Source of the DNA: Acidimicrobiia bacterium
Lineage (GTDB): Bacteria > Actinomycetota > Acidimicrobiia > IMCC26256 > JAENVU01
Direction of reading: 5' to 3'
Length of the DNA: 64,000 nucleotides
NCBI GenBank assembly: GCA_038252255.1
Contig: JBBSAM010000008.1
Coordinates: forward strand, 75,424 to 139,423
The translations under genes were made by a program, and so were the position numbers. Below are positions 35,529 through 45,215 of this stretch, one piece after another (within the stretch, counting starts at the first letter, position 1; the number at the start of each line of letters is the position of its first letter). The notes under the pieces are model-generated. The model was not told the DNA's origin and searched no databases. It saw nothing but the letters and a program-made list of their open reading frames with translations.

Positions 35529-37961
35529 TCATTCCATGACGCGCAGTGTCGAGGGGACGTCCATCCGCCGGAGCTTCCGGACCGTGAACAGGGGGGCGAC
35601 GGTGACCGCGACGACGCCCAGGGTCGTCGCGATGATCCACGTGCCCGTCGAGACGGCGGTGACGATGCCGAGGTCGGGGTAGGTCTGTGGGAGCAGGCCG
35701 GTGACCAGCCAGTCCAGGAGCAGCCATCCGACGCCGAGCCCCAGCGCCGTGGCGAACAGCCCGATCACGAGACTCTCGACCGTCGCTATCCGCAGCACCG
35801 TCCGGACGCGCAGCCCGAACGCGAACATCGTGGCTTCTTCCCGGGCTCGCTCGTCGGCGTTGATGCTGGCCGAGTTGAAGGCGATCAACAGCGCCAGCAG
35901 GAGCACGGCGGCTTCGACGACACGGAGGATCCCGAGCGCGCTCCGGAGCTGCTGGCGCACCGTGTCGGTGTAGGCCGTGATGGGCTGGACCGACGCAACG
36001 CCGGGCGTCCCGAACAAGCCACGCTTGACCGCGTCGCTGCTCGTGCGCCGCGCCGGGTCGACGACCACGGTGTTCGTGATGCCTGCGAGGTTCATGAGGC
36101 TCGCGTCCCGGAAGTCCATGAACGCGGCGGCGCGGAGGGGAAGCGGGTTCACGCCCAGGACCGTCACGCGGGAACGGACGAGCTCGTAGGACACCAGCCC
36201 GTTCCGGCGCGGGTGTCGAAGGATCACCGTGTCGCCCGGATGGACGCCGAGATCGCGCGCGGCGATCTCGCTGAGCACGATGCCCGGACCACGCGCATCC
36301 ACCCGGTGCTCGATCGTCGGGCGCCAGGTTCCACTCCGCAAGTCGACCAGGTCCACGAAGGTGTCGATGTTCGTGGCCCCGCGGTGGAGTGTGCCCGGCA
36401 GCTGCAGGATCGGCTCCCCTCTCCGGACCAGGGGCGAATGCTCGATCGCGGTGACTTGCGGCGCCGTCACCGGATAGAAGGAGTCAAGCGTCACGAGCAG
36501 GCGGCGAGGACTCGTCTTCGTGAGCTCGCGCTCTCCCCGGTCGATCGTGGCGAGGAAGGAGTCGACCATCCCGATCACGCCGATCAGGACGACGATCGCC
36601 GCCGCGATTCCCAATGTCGTCATCAGCGTCCGGCGTGGCGCGCGCAAGACGTTCCGCAGCGGCATCTGCGCGGTGGTCCGCCCCGGAAGTGGGAGGCGGG
36701 CCAGGAGCGGGGCGAGGCCGCCACCCTTGGCCGAGACGAAGCCGGTCCGGATCGCCTCGATCGGCGCGACCCTCACTGCCCGCCACACCGGGATGGCCGC
36801 CGCGAGAACCGGCAGCGCGAAGCCGATGGCGGCGGCCCGGGCGAACGTTCCCGCCTGGAACGGGACACGCCAGACGGGAAGCGGGAAGAAGCCGCGCAGC
36901 ACGGAGCCCATGACGACGCCCACGCCGAGTCCGATCGCGACACCGAAGACCACGCCGAGCAGTGCGATCTCCGACCCGACCAGCAACGGGCGGATCGCCA
37001 GCGACCGGCGTGGCACTCCGAGCGCCATGCCGATCCCGATCTCGCGCCGTTGCGCTTCGACGATGCGCCCCGCGAGGTTGAACGCGGCGAAGGCGGCGCC
37101 CGCCAGGATCAGGACCGCGAAGATGTCGTACAGCTGCTGGTCGCCCTTGATGTCGTCGTACATCAACCGGTGCGCGGTGTCGCCGTTGGGCCCGTTGATG
37201 GTGGTACCAACCGTCGGGAACCGCTCGCGGAGGGCTTGGCGGAGCTCGCGGCGGACGACGGCCACGTTCGCTCCGGGCTTCAGCGTCATCACGAGGTCGT
37301 TCGCCGCGCCGGGCTGACCGGCAACGTGCTGCGCCGTCGCCAGCGGCACGAACATCGCGGCGAAGCTCGCGTCGGCGAGCACCGTCCCGCGCTCGCCGAG
37401 GATCATGAAGTACTCCGGCGAGAGTCCCAGCCCGACGTAGTGGAGCGTGGTGCCGCCGCTCACTCGGACCACCCCTCGGCTCGGGAGGTGGTGCTGCTTC
37501 GCGAAGTGGGCGTCGAGGACCATGTGTCGGGTCCCGGCGTCTCGAGTGGCGAGGGTTCGGCCGGCCGTGGCTGACACCCGGTTCACATGGGGGCCGCCGT
37601 GCGCGACGTCGACGCCGACGAGACGGCCGGGCACGAGAATCGTCTTGCCCGCCGCGGACGCGTCGACCTGGGTCGGCACGAGGAGCCGGGGCTCGGCCGC
37701 CTGCACCCAGCGAGCGTGTGGGATCGCGCGCGCGACGTCCTCGAGCTCCGTCGCGCTCACGTAGCTGCCGGTGCTCAGCGCCACGTGGAGGTCGTACATG
37801 TCGAGCTTCTCGTAGCTGGCGTCGTACGACACCTGCCGCCACTGGGAGGTGCTGCTGAGGCCGGCGTAGATGCCCGTGCCGATCGCGATGATGAAGGCGA
37901 TCGCGCAGACCTGGACCCAACGAGCGCGGAGGTCGCGCAGCGACCATCGGAGCCAGAGCAC
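35529..37961 (-). CDS. ABC transporter permease, double FtsX/MacB-type
   Basis: 810 aa with two FtsX-like 4-TM modules separated by large extracytoplasmic domains. Confidence 0.85.
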   Translation of the reverse strand: MLWLRWSLRDLRARWVQVCAIAFIIAIGTGIYAGLSSTSQWRQVSYDASYEKLDMYDLHVALSTGSYVSATELEDVARAIPHARWVQAAEPRLLVPTQVDASAAGKTILVPGRLVGVDVAHGGPHVNRVSATAGRTLATRDAGTRHMVLDAHFAKQHHLPSRGVVRVSGGTTLHYVGLGLSPEYFMILGERGTVLADASFAAMFVPLATAQHVAGQPGAANDLVMTLKPGANVAVVRRELRQALRERFPTVGTTINGPNGDTAHRLMYDDIKGDQQLYDIFAVLILAGAAFAAFNLAGRIVEAQRREIGIGMALGVPRRSLAIRPLLVGSEIALLGVVFGVAIGLGVGVVMGSVLRGFFPLPVWRVPFQAGTFARAAAIGFALPVLAAAIPVWRAVRVAPIEAIRTGFVSAKGGGLAPLLARLPLPGRTTAQMPLRNVLRAPRRTLMTTLGIAAAIVVLIGVIGMVDSFLATIDRGERELTKTSPRRLLVTLDSFYPVTAPQVTAIEHSPLVRRGEPILQLPGTLHRGATNIDTFVDLVDLRSGTWRPTIEHRVDARGPGIVLSEIAARDLGVHPGDTVILRHPRRNGLVSYELVRSRVTVLGVNPLPLRAAAFMDFRDASLMNLAGITNTVVVDPARRTSSDAVKRGLFGTPGVASVQPITAYTDTVRQQLRSALGILRVVEAAVLLLALLIAFNSASINADERAREEATMFAFGLRVRTVLRIATVESLVIGLFATALGLGVGWLLLDWLVTGLLPQTYPDLGIVTAVSTGTWIIATTLGVVAVTVAPLFTVRKLRRMDVPSTLRVME

Positions 37962-37966
37962 CTGAT

Positions 37967-38719
37967 CTACCAGCGCAGCTGGTCGACGGCGACGTGTCCG
38001 CCGGCCGGCGGGCCGTCGGCGACGATGTGCCCACTGCTGAGCTCGATGACCCGGTCCGCGACCCGCGCGATCTCACGGTTGTGCGTGACGATGAGCACCG
38101 TGATCCCGCGATGCGCCTGCGCGTGGAGCAGCTCGAGGATCTGGATGCCGGTGCGGAAGTCGAGCTCGCCGGTTGGTTCGTCGGCGAGCATGATCGGGTT
38201 GCCGGTTGCGAGCGCGCGGGCGATCGCCACCCGTTGCTGCTCGCCCCCGGAGAGCTGCTGGGGGAAGTGGTGGATCCGGTCGCCCAGGCCGACTTCGGCG
38301 AGAGTGGAGCGGGCCCGATCGTGATCGACATGCCGACCCGAGACGTCGACACCGAACTGGACGTTCTCGAGCGCGGTCAGGCCCGGGAACAGGTTGAACG
38401 TCTGGAAGATGAAGCTGACCGTCTCGCGCCGAAACCGGAACAGCTCAGAGGTGCCGGCCTCGGAGATCCGCTTGCCGTCGATGATGATCGTCCCGCTGCT
38501 GGGTGAGTCCAGCGCGCCGATCAGGTTGAGCAGGGTCGTCTTCCCGCTTCCCGACGGGCCGAGCACGACTATGAACTCCCCCGCGCCGATCGCGAGGTCC
38601 ACGGATTCGAGCGCGGTGACAACTCCGCCACCCACTTCGTAGCGGCGGCTCACTGCGTCCAGCTCGATGAGACCCATCGTCGCGAGTGCCCCTGAACTCG
38701 ACCGCGTTGCTGACTGCAC
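37967..38719 (-). CDS. ABC transporter ATP-binding protein (MacB/LolD-like)
   Basis: Walker A GPSGSGKTT, signature LSGGEQQRVAIARAL, Walker B IMLADEPTGELD. Start may be ATG 38677. Confidence 0.9.
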   Translation of the reverse strand: MQSATRSSSGALATMGLIELDAVSRRYEVGGGVVTALESVDLAIGAGEFIVVLGPSGSGKTTLLNLIGALDSPSSGTIIIDGKRISEAGTSELFRFRRETVSFIFQTFNLFPGLTALENVQFGVDVSGRHVDHDRARSTLAEVGLGDRIHHFPQQLSGGEQQRVAIARALATGNPIMLADEPTGELDFRTGIQILELLHAQAHRGITVLIVTHNREIARVADRVIELSSGHIVADGPPAGGHVAVDQLRW

Positions 38720-38986
38720 CCAGGATGCGTGGCCCGTCGCAATGCTCCCAGGGCCGGAAGTCCCGACTCCGGCGGCGTCGGGCTGCTCGAGCCCGTCCCC
38801 CGGCGGGTCGTGGCGGCGGTGCCGGCGACCCGACCTGCCGGTCCGTCGGGGACCTTCGCCTCTGGAGGTGGCGCCACGGCCGCCGTACCGTCGCCAGGTG
38901 AATTGCGATCAGACCCGAGCCCGGTCCATGCCCGTCCCGGCCGGCTGGCGCTCCACCTCCTGACGCTCGGCTGCGCGAGCACACCG

Positions 38987-41557
38987 GTGATCGGGCTCAG
39001 CTCGGATGAAGCTGGAAAGCGCCTGAGAACGGCGGGGCCGAACGTGCTGCCGGTCGTCCGGCCCCCGCCGCCGTGGCGACGGCTCGCGACACAGATGACC
39101 CACTTCTTCGCACTCATGCTGTGGGTCGCGGGCGTGCTCGCTTTCGTCGCCGGGCTCCCGGAGCTCGGGGCCGCGATCTTCGTCGTCATCCTCGTCAATG
39201 GCGTGTTCGCCTTCATCCAGGAGTCGCGGGCCGAGCACGCGGCGGAGAAGCTCCGTGACCTGCTTCCCCGCCGGGCCATGGTGATGCGGGACGGTCTGCC
39301 GCGGGAGGTCGACGTACGCGAGCTCGTGGTCGGCGACGTCGTGCTGCTGGCGGCCGGCGACCGGATCTCGGCCGATCTGCGCGCGCAGACCGCGGTGGGC
39401 CTCGAAGTCGACACGTCGACGCTCACCGGCGAGAGTCAGCCGGAATCGGCCGGGCCGGGAGACGCCCTCTTCGCCGGCACGTTCGTGGTCGAGGGCGAGG
39501 CACGAGCCGACGTCGTGGCGACCGGCTCCGAGACGAGACTGGCCGAGATCGCCGGATTGACGAGCGCGGGACAACGACCCCGCGGCCCCCTGGCCAACGA
39601 GCTCGATCGTGTGGTGCGCACGATCGCCGTCATCTCGCTCGCCGTGGGCGCAGGCTTCTTCGGCATCGCGCTCGTGATCGGCACCCCGGCGACGGACGGA
39701 TTCCTCTTTGCGATCGGCGTGACCGTCGCCCTCGTGCCCGAGGGCCTCCTCCCGACCGTCACCTTGTCGCTGGCAATCGGGGCGCAACGCATGTCTCGGC
39801 AGTCGGCGCTGGTGCGGCGGCTGGAAGCCGTCGAGACGTTGGGATCGACCACGTTCATCTGCACCGACAAGACCGGGACCCTGACCCGCAACGAGATGAG
39901 CGTCGTCGAAGTCTGGACCCCGTCCGGCGCGGTGCGCGTCCGGGGCGAGGGCTACGAGCCCGAAGGGCTCGTCGACGGCGAAGCCGATGCGGTCAGTGCG
40001 GCATCCGAGGTCGCGTACGTCGCGCGGCGATGCTCGACCGGGCTGGCGATCGAGCTGGAAGGCCGTTGGGTTGCCCAGGGCGACCCGATGGAGGCCGCGC
40101 TCGACGTGCTCGACCGCCGGCTCGGCGCCACCGGCTCGGGCGAGAGCCGCGCCGAACCGGAGCGGGCCCGCTACCCGTTCGACCCTCGACGCCGGCGAAT
40201 GTCCGTGTGGACCGGTGACCGGCTGCTCGTCAAGGGCGCACCGGACGCCGTGCTCCCCCGCTGCGTCGCTTCGCCCCAGGACGTCGAGCCGGTGCTCGGC
40301 AAGCTGGCCGAGCGAGGCTTGCGGGTGATCGCCGTCGCGCAACGGAACATCGGGGCCGACGAGGCCGGGCACTCCGCCGACGATGTCGAGCGGGGTCTGA
40401 CCCTGTTGGGCCTCATCGGGCTCGAGGATCCCCCTCGGGCGAGTGCCGAAGCCGCGATCGCGTCCTGTCGCCGGTCCGGAATACGGATCGCGATGGTCAC
40501 CGGCGATCATCCCGCGACGGCGCTGGCGATCGCGCGGGAGGTCGGGCTGGCGCACGAGGACCCGCGAGTGCTGCTCGGCTCGGAGCTGCCCGACGACGAG
40601 GAGGTGCTCGGCGCGCTGCTCGACTTCGACGGTGTGGTGGTCGCGCGGGTCGCTCCCGAAGACAAGCTCCGCATCGCCCGCGCGCTTCGGCGGCGTGGCC
40701 ACGTCGTCGCGATGACGGGCGACGGTGTCAACGACGGGCCGGCCCTCCAGGCCGCGGACATCGGCATCGCGATGGGGCGCACCGGCACGGACGTGGCACG
40801 CGAGGCCGCCGATCTGGTGCTCCTCGACGACGACTTCGCGACGATCGTCGCCGCGGTCAAGCAGGGTCGTGCGACGTTCACCAACATCCGTCGCTTCCTC
40901 ACCTATCACCTGACCGACAACGTGGCCGAGCTCACTCCATTCGTGTTCTGGGCGCTCTCCGGCGGACGCTTTCCGCTCGCGCTGACCGTGCTCCAGGTGC
41001 TCTGCCTGGACATCGGCACGGATCTGCTCCCCGCCCTCGCGCTGGGCGCCGAGCCGCCCGGGGAGCATGCGGCGGAGGGCCCACCGCTCCGGCGACACCT
41101 CCTCGACCGCGCGCTCATGGCTCGCGTCTTCGGAGTCCTCGGCCCGACGGAGGCCCTCGTCTCGATGACCGCGTTCCTCACGACCTTTCTCCTGGCCGGC
41201 TGGCGGCCCGGAGACCACTTTCCTCCCGGGCCGCTCCTCGCCGCATCGGGCGCGGCCTTCTCGGCCGTCGTGTTCGGCCAGATCGCGACGGCTTTCGCAT
41301 GCCGGAGCACCACACGGAGGCCGGGCCAACTCGGTTGGACCACGAACCCGCTGTTGCTCGTGGCCGTCGCGGTGGAGCTGCTCGCCCTCTGCGTCTTCAT
41401 CCTGGTGCCGCCGATCGCGGACCTGCTCCGTCAGGCCCCCCCGACCGCCGCGGGTCTTCTGGTCGCGCTCGGTGCCATCCCGGCCGTCCTGGGCGTCGAC
41501 GCACTCCACAAGGCTCGCCGCGCTGTCCGTGCCGGCCGCGCTCGAGCGCGGCCGTAG
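38987..41557 (+). CDS. Cation-translocating P-type ATPase (P2-type, Ca2+/Mg2+-like)
   Basis: ICTDKTGTLTRN phosphorylation site, VPEGLLPTV, MTGDGVNDGPAL; no CPC or HMA motifs. The ORF is open from 38729. GTG 38987 was chosen just before the conserved GLSSDEAGKRL; the start is uncertain. Confidence 0.85.
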   Translation: MIGLSSDEAGKRLRTAGPNVLPVVRPPPPWRRLATQMTHFFALMLWVAGVLAFVAGLPELGAAIFVVILVNGVFAFIQESRAEHAAEKLRDLLPRRAMVMRDGLPREVDVRELVVGDVVLLAAGDRISADLRAQTAVGLEVDTSTLTGESQPESAGPGDALFAGTFVVEGEARADVVATGSETRLAEIAGLTSAGQRPRGPLANELDRVVRTIAVISLAVGAGFFGIALVIGTPATDGFLFAIGVTVALVPEGLLPTVTLSLAIGAQRMSRQSALVRRLEAVETLGSTTFICTDKTGTLTRNEMSVVEVWTPSGAVRVRGEGYEPEGLVDGEADAVSAASEVAYVARRCSTGLAIELEGRWVAQGDPMEAALDVLDRRLGATGSGESRAEPERARYPFDPRRRRMSVWTGDRLLVKGAPDAVLPRCVASPQDVEPVLGKLAERGLRVIAVAQRNIGADEAGHSADDVERGLTLLGLIGLEDPPRASAEAAIASCRRSGIRIAMVTGDHPATALAIAREVGLAHEDPRVLLGSELPDDEEVLGALLDFDGVVVARVAPEDKLRIARALRRRGHVVAMTGDGVNDGPALQAADIGIAMGRTGTDVAREAADLVLLDDDFATIVAAVKQGRATFTNIRRFLTYHLTDNVAELTPFVFWALSGGRFPLALTVLQVLCLDIGTDLLPALALGAEPPGEHAAEGPPLRRHLLDRALMARVFGVLGPTEALVSMTAFLTTFLLAGWRPGDHFPPGPLLAASGAAFSAVVFGQIATAFACRSTTRRPGQLGWTTNPLLLVAVAVELLALCVFILVPPIADLLRQAPPTAAGLLVALGAIPAVLGVDALHKARRAVRAGRARARP

Positions 41558-41652
41558 GGAGCGGGCTGCGAACCTGCCCCCTCGCTCTCTGTACGTCAGA
41601 TCCCGAGACGCCGTACGCTGCGAGCCGAGGGTCATCTCCGGGGGGAGCCGCG

Positions 41653-43290
41653 ATGCGCCGATGGACGAGAAGGCTCGCGATCGCGAGCTTCGTGGTCGCG
41701 ATGGTGGGGGCGAGCGCCGCGAGCCCCACCGCGGGTGCCGAAGAGGGGCACAGCCACGAGCACGATCGACCTCGGGTGCTGCTCGTCGGGACGTGGCACC
41801 ATCGCTCCGGGCGCTACTCCTCTATCCAGGCGGCCGTCGACGCGGCCCGACCGGGCGACTGGGTCCTCGTCGCGCCGGGCGACTACCACGAACGGGCCGA
41901 CCACAGCAACGACGGGCAGGCCGACGACGCGACCGGCGGCGTGATGATCACCAAGCCGGGCATCCACGTGCGGGGCATGGACCGCAATCGGGTCGTCGTC
42001 GACGGCACCCTCCCCGGGTCGTCACGCTGCGCGTCGTCACTCGCCGAGCAGGACCCCGGGCCGACACGCTCGGACGGGTCTACCGCCGGACGGAACGGGA
42101 TCGAGGTGTACAAGGCCTCCGGCGTCAGCATCGAGAACCTCACCGTCTGCAACTTCCTGCGGTCCGGCGGTGGCGGCAACGAGATCTGGTTCAACGGCGG
42201 CGACGGGAGCGGGACGACCGGTCTGGACAGCTACATGGGTGCTTACCTGTCGGCCACGTCGACGCATTTCGCGTCGGGCGCGCTCGAGGCCGAGTACGGC
42301 CTGTTCGCGAGCAACGTGAACGGTCCCGGGGCGATGGTTCACACCTACGCGAGCAACATGGCCGACTCCGGGTACTACATCGGGGCCTGCCCGGATTGTC
42401 TGTCGTGGCTGGTGGATGCCCACGCCCAGAACAACGCGCTCGGGTACTCCGGCACGAACTCGGGCGGCCGGCTCGTCGTCGCATTCTCGGAGTGGGATCA
42501 CAACAAGACCGGGATCTCCACGAACAGCCAGAACAATGACGACGCACCTTCGCCGCAGGACGGCTCCTGCCCGAACGGGGCGCCGGGCCCGCGCGGCACC
42601 GGGTCCTGCACGTTGTTCCTCGGCAACTGGATCCACGACAACAACAACCCGGACGTTCCCGGTTCCGGGACGGCGGAGCTCGGGCCCGTGGGCACGGGCA
42701 TGGTGCTGTCCGGCGGCCGCCACGACACGATCCAGGACAATCGAGTCGAGCGCAACGGCGCGTGGGGGCTGCTCCTCGTGCCGTTCCCGGACACCGGCAC
42801 CCCGCCACCGGTTGCCAATTGCGCGGGCGGCGTGAAGGACCCGGGTGGTCTCCTCGGCGCACTCGGCGTCACCTGCTACTTCGACGACTTCGGCAACGAG
42901 GTGGTCGGCAACACCCTGCGCGACAACGGTGGCTTCGGCAACGAGACGAACGGAGACCTCGCCGAGATCAGCGACCTGAACACCCCCGGCAACTGCTGGC
43001 ACGACAACGTCGACCCGAACGGAGTCACCAGCGCACCAGCGGATCTCCAGACGACACACGCGACCTGTGGGGTGGCGAATCAAGGAGCCGGGCTCACGGA
43101 CCCGCTCTCGCTGCAGGTGATCTGCGACACCGAGGCCTTCGGCCCGTGCCCACCGACCGCAGGTCAGTCCTATCCTCGTCGAACCGCGGTGGCGCTCACT
43201 CCCCTTCCCGACCAGCCGTCCATGCCCGATCCGTGCGCCGGAGTGCCGCGCAACGACTGGTGCACACGCCGGCACGGCTCATGGCACTGA
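41653..43290 (+). CDS. Secreted right-handed parallel beta-helix repeat protein
   Basis: ORF 41299..43290 trimmed to ATG 41653 (signal MRRWTRRLAIASFVVAMVGASAASPTAGA). SIQAAVDAARPGDWVLVAPGDY and repeated Gly/Asn-rich turns. His-rich EEGHSHEHD follows the signal. Confidence 0.7.
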   Translation: MRRWTRRLAIASFVVAMVGASAASPTAGAEEGHSHEHDRPRVLLVGTWHHRSGRYSSIQAAVDAARPGDWVLVAPGDYHERADHSNDGQADDATGGVMITKPGIHVRGMDRNRVVVDGTLPGSSRCASSLAEQDPGPTRSDGSTAGRNGIEVYKASGVSIENLTVCNFLRSGGGGNEIWFNGGDGSGTTGLDSYMGAYLSATSTHFASGALEAEYGLFASNVNGPGAMVHTYASNMADSGYYIGACPDCLSWLVDAHAQNNALGYSGTNSGGRLVVAFSEWDHNKTGISTNSQNNDDAPSPQDGSCPNGAPGPRGTGSCTLFLGNWIHDNNNPDVPGSGTAELGPVGTGMVLSGGRHDTIQDNRVERNGAWGLLLVPFPDTGTPPPVANCAGGVKDPGGLLGALGVTCYFDDFGNEVVGNTLRDNGGFGNETNGDLAEISDLNTPGNCWHDNVDPNGVTSAPADLQTTHATCGVANQGAGLTDPLSLQVICDTEAFGPCPPTAGQSYPRRTAVALTPLPDQPSMPDPCAGVPRNDWCTRRHGSWH

Positions 43291-43357
43291 ATCACCCCCC
43301 GGGCGCCCGGGCACAGGCCGCCGAACCCGTCACCGGCTCGGGGCGTCCCGGCTCGCG

Positions 43358-44362
43358 TCAAGCGCGAGTCTCGACCGCGCGACTGAGCGCCTCGAGCTCC
43401 GTGGACGTGCCGATCGCGATCAGGACCTGGCCCTGCTGAATCGTCGTATCGGGCGAAGGGTTGGTGGCGAAGGTGCCGTCCAGCTCGCGCAGCGCGAGGA
43501 CGAGAGCCCCCGTACGGTCGCGCAGCTGGGCGGAGCGGATGGTCTCGCCGGCAATTGCCGAGCCGTCCGGGACGGCCACCTCCTCGAGCCGGAACTCGAG
43601 GTCACGATCGTGCATGACCACGTCGAGGAACTCGGTTACGTGGGGCTGGAGCACGAACGCGGCGATGCGGGCGCCCCCGATGCTCTGCGGATTCACGACC
43701 CGGTCCGCCCCTGCCCGCCGCAGCTTCTCCTCACTCGCCTCGACGCGGGCGCGGGCGACGATGAACAGATCCGGACGGAGGGCCCGCGCGGACACGGTCA
43801 CGAACAGATTGCCGGCGTCGGTATCGAGGGCTGCGACGAGGGCTCGGGCATGTGCGACCCCGGCCTGCTCGAGCACGCGGTCCTCGGTCGCGTCGCCGAG
43901 GACCGACGCCCACGAGCCGTTGCCGAACCGCGATGGGTCCAGGTCCACCGCGACGAGCTCCATCCCTGATGCCGTGAGCTCCTCTGCGATGGCCCGGCCC
44001 ACCCGCCCCCAGCCGCAGACGATCACGTGCCCGCGCATCGCGTCGATCTGTCGCTCCATCCGGCGCCTCCCGAGCAGCTCCATGAGATCGCCCTCGATGA
44101 GCGACTCGAGCACCACGCTGAACGTATACAGCGCAGTGCCGACACCGAACAAGATGAGCACGATCGTGAAGATCTTCCCGGCGTCGTCGAGCGGCCGCAC
44201 CTCGCGGAACCCGACGGTCGCCACTGTCGTCACGGTCTGATAGGCGGCGTCCAACACCGAGAACCCGAGCGCGACGTAGCCGATCGTGCCCACGACGAAG
44301 ACGGTGAGCAGCAGCGTCAGCGCGAGCGGCAACCGCGACTGCCCCGTCACTGATGTCCTCAC
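43358..44362 (-). CDS. Two-TM pore channel with RCK (TrkA-N/TrkA-C) domains, non-canonical filter
   Basis: Pore helix and filter LDAAYQTVTTVATVGFREV, then VIVCGWGRVGRAIAEEL (Rossmann RCK) and a C-terminal TrkA-C-like domain. Confidence 0.8.
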   Translation of the reverse strand: MRTSVTGQSRLPLALTLLLTVFVVGTIGYVALGFSVLDAAYQTVTTVATVGFREVRPLDDAGKIFTIVLILFGVGTALYTFSVVLESLIEGDLMELLGRRRMERQIDAMRGHVIVCGWGRVGRAIAEELTASGMELVAVDLDPSRFGNGSWASVLGDATEDRVLEQAGVAHARALVAALDTDAGNLFVTVSARALRPDLFIVARARVEASEEKLRRAGADRVVNPQSIGGARIAAFVLQPHVTEFLDVVMHDRDLEFRLEEVAVPDGSAIAGETIRSAQLRDRTGALVLALRELDGTFATNPSPDTTIQQGQVLIAIGTSTELEALSRAVETRA

Positions 44363-44434
44363 CCGTCATTCCCCATGCGCAAGTGCTGAGCCTACGGAAC
44401 AACGGGCCGGCCGGCCGACGAGGCGCGCTTGAGA

Positions 44435-44893
44435 TCAGTGCGCTCGACGAGAGGCGCCGCGCAATTCGCCTGAAGTAGGCGTCGTGGTCGGGCTCCACTC
44501 AGTGTCGAGCAGGCGCCGGGCGAGGATCGCTGCGGTCTTCGCGGCATGCGCCTTTGCCAGCTCTGCCTGCGGGCCCTTCCATCGGCCGTCGACGGACGCG
44601 ACGAAGAGGTGGTACCACCGTTCGAAGAGCTCGAGTCGAAGCGGCTCGAGGCCGTGCACGTACCGGTGAGCAGCCAGGATCGCGCCGTCGTAGCCCGCTT
44701 CACCGAGCAGCACCTGGCTCCAGTAGTCGATCAGCCTCGGTATGTGGACGGCCCAATCCACCTCCGCGATCTCTCCGAAGACGGGACCGAGAAGATCGTC
44801 GAGCGCGACTTCCCGGTAGAAGTGGATGACGAGATCGTGGATCTCTGCTCGCGTCTCGAGGTCGCGAGCTCGGAGACGCCGACTGTCACGCAT
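44435..44893 (-). CDS. Group III truncated haemoglobin-like globin
   Basis: ORF 44435..45082 trimmed to ATG 44893. LVIHFYREVALDDLLGPVF..VDWAVHIPRLIDYWSQVLLG..YDG..HRYVH..LFERWYHLF follows the trHb group III pattern. Confidence 0.7.
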   Translation of the reverse strand: MRDSRRLRARDLETRAEIHDLVIHFYREVALDDLLGPVFGEIAEVDWAVHIPRLIDYWSQVLLGEAGYDGAILAAHRYVHGLEPLRLELFERWYHLFVASVDGRWKGPQAELAKAHAAKTAAILARRLLDTEWSPTTTPTSGELRGASRRAH

Positions 44894-45215
44894 GGGCAAC
44901 ACCCCGTACCGGCGAGCTGACGTGCATGCCTCCCAACTCCTTCCAGCGTGACTCGAGCAGAGCCGGTCGGCCAGAACCGTGACGTCTACCGCGAGGGCCA
45001 CTACGCGCTCCGACCTGAAGCGACCCACGGTGGTCGCGGACCCTTGACCTCCGGCCGGCACAAGGTGGCTTCGTCGAGTCACGCTCGAGAAGCCGGGCGC
45101 CTATCCGTTCATCACCCACAAGCTCGCCGATGTGGGCAAGGGCGCACTCGGGCTGTTCCAGGCCGGCGAACCGAGCCTCGAGGCAGGCGGGGGACACCCC
45201 GGTCGCTGACGGAGC

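Noticed and set aside
38909-41635. 908-aa minus-strand ORF
   Set aside because: It is fully antisense to the P-type ATPase, which has all canonical motifs. Composition is Arg/Gly/Asp-rich with no domain signature.
43298-43311. CCCGGGCGCCCGGG palindrome between the convergent beta-helix and channel genes as a terminator
   Set aside because: Only a stem of about 5 bp is possible once a loop is allowed, and there is no U-tract, so the evidence is too weak for a feature call.
45060-45210. Cupredoxin-like C-terminal fragment (PGAYPFITHKLADVGKGALGLF)
   Set aside because: The copper ligands (Cys, Met) are absent, the upstream frames are broken, and the resemblance is too short to call a pseudogene.
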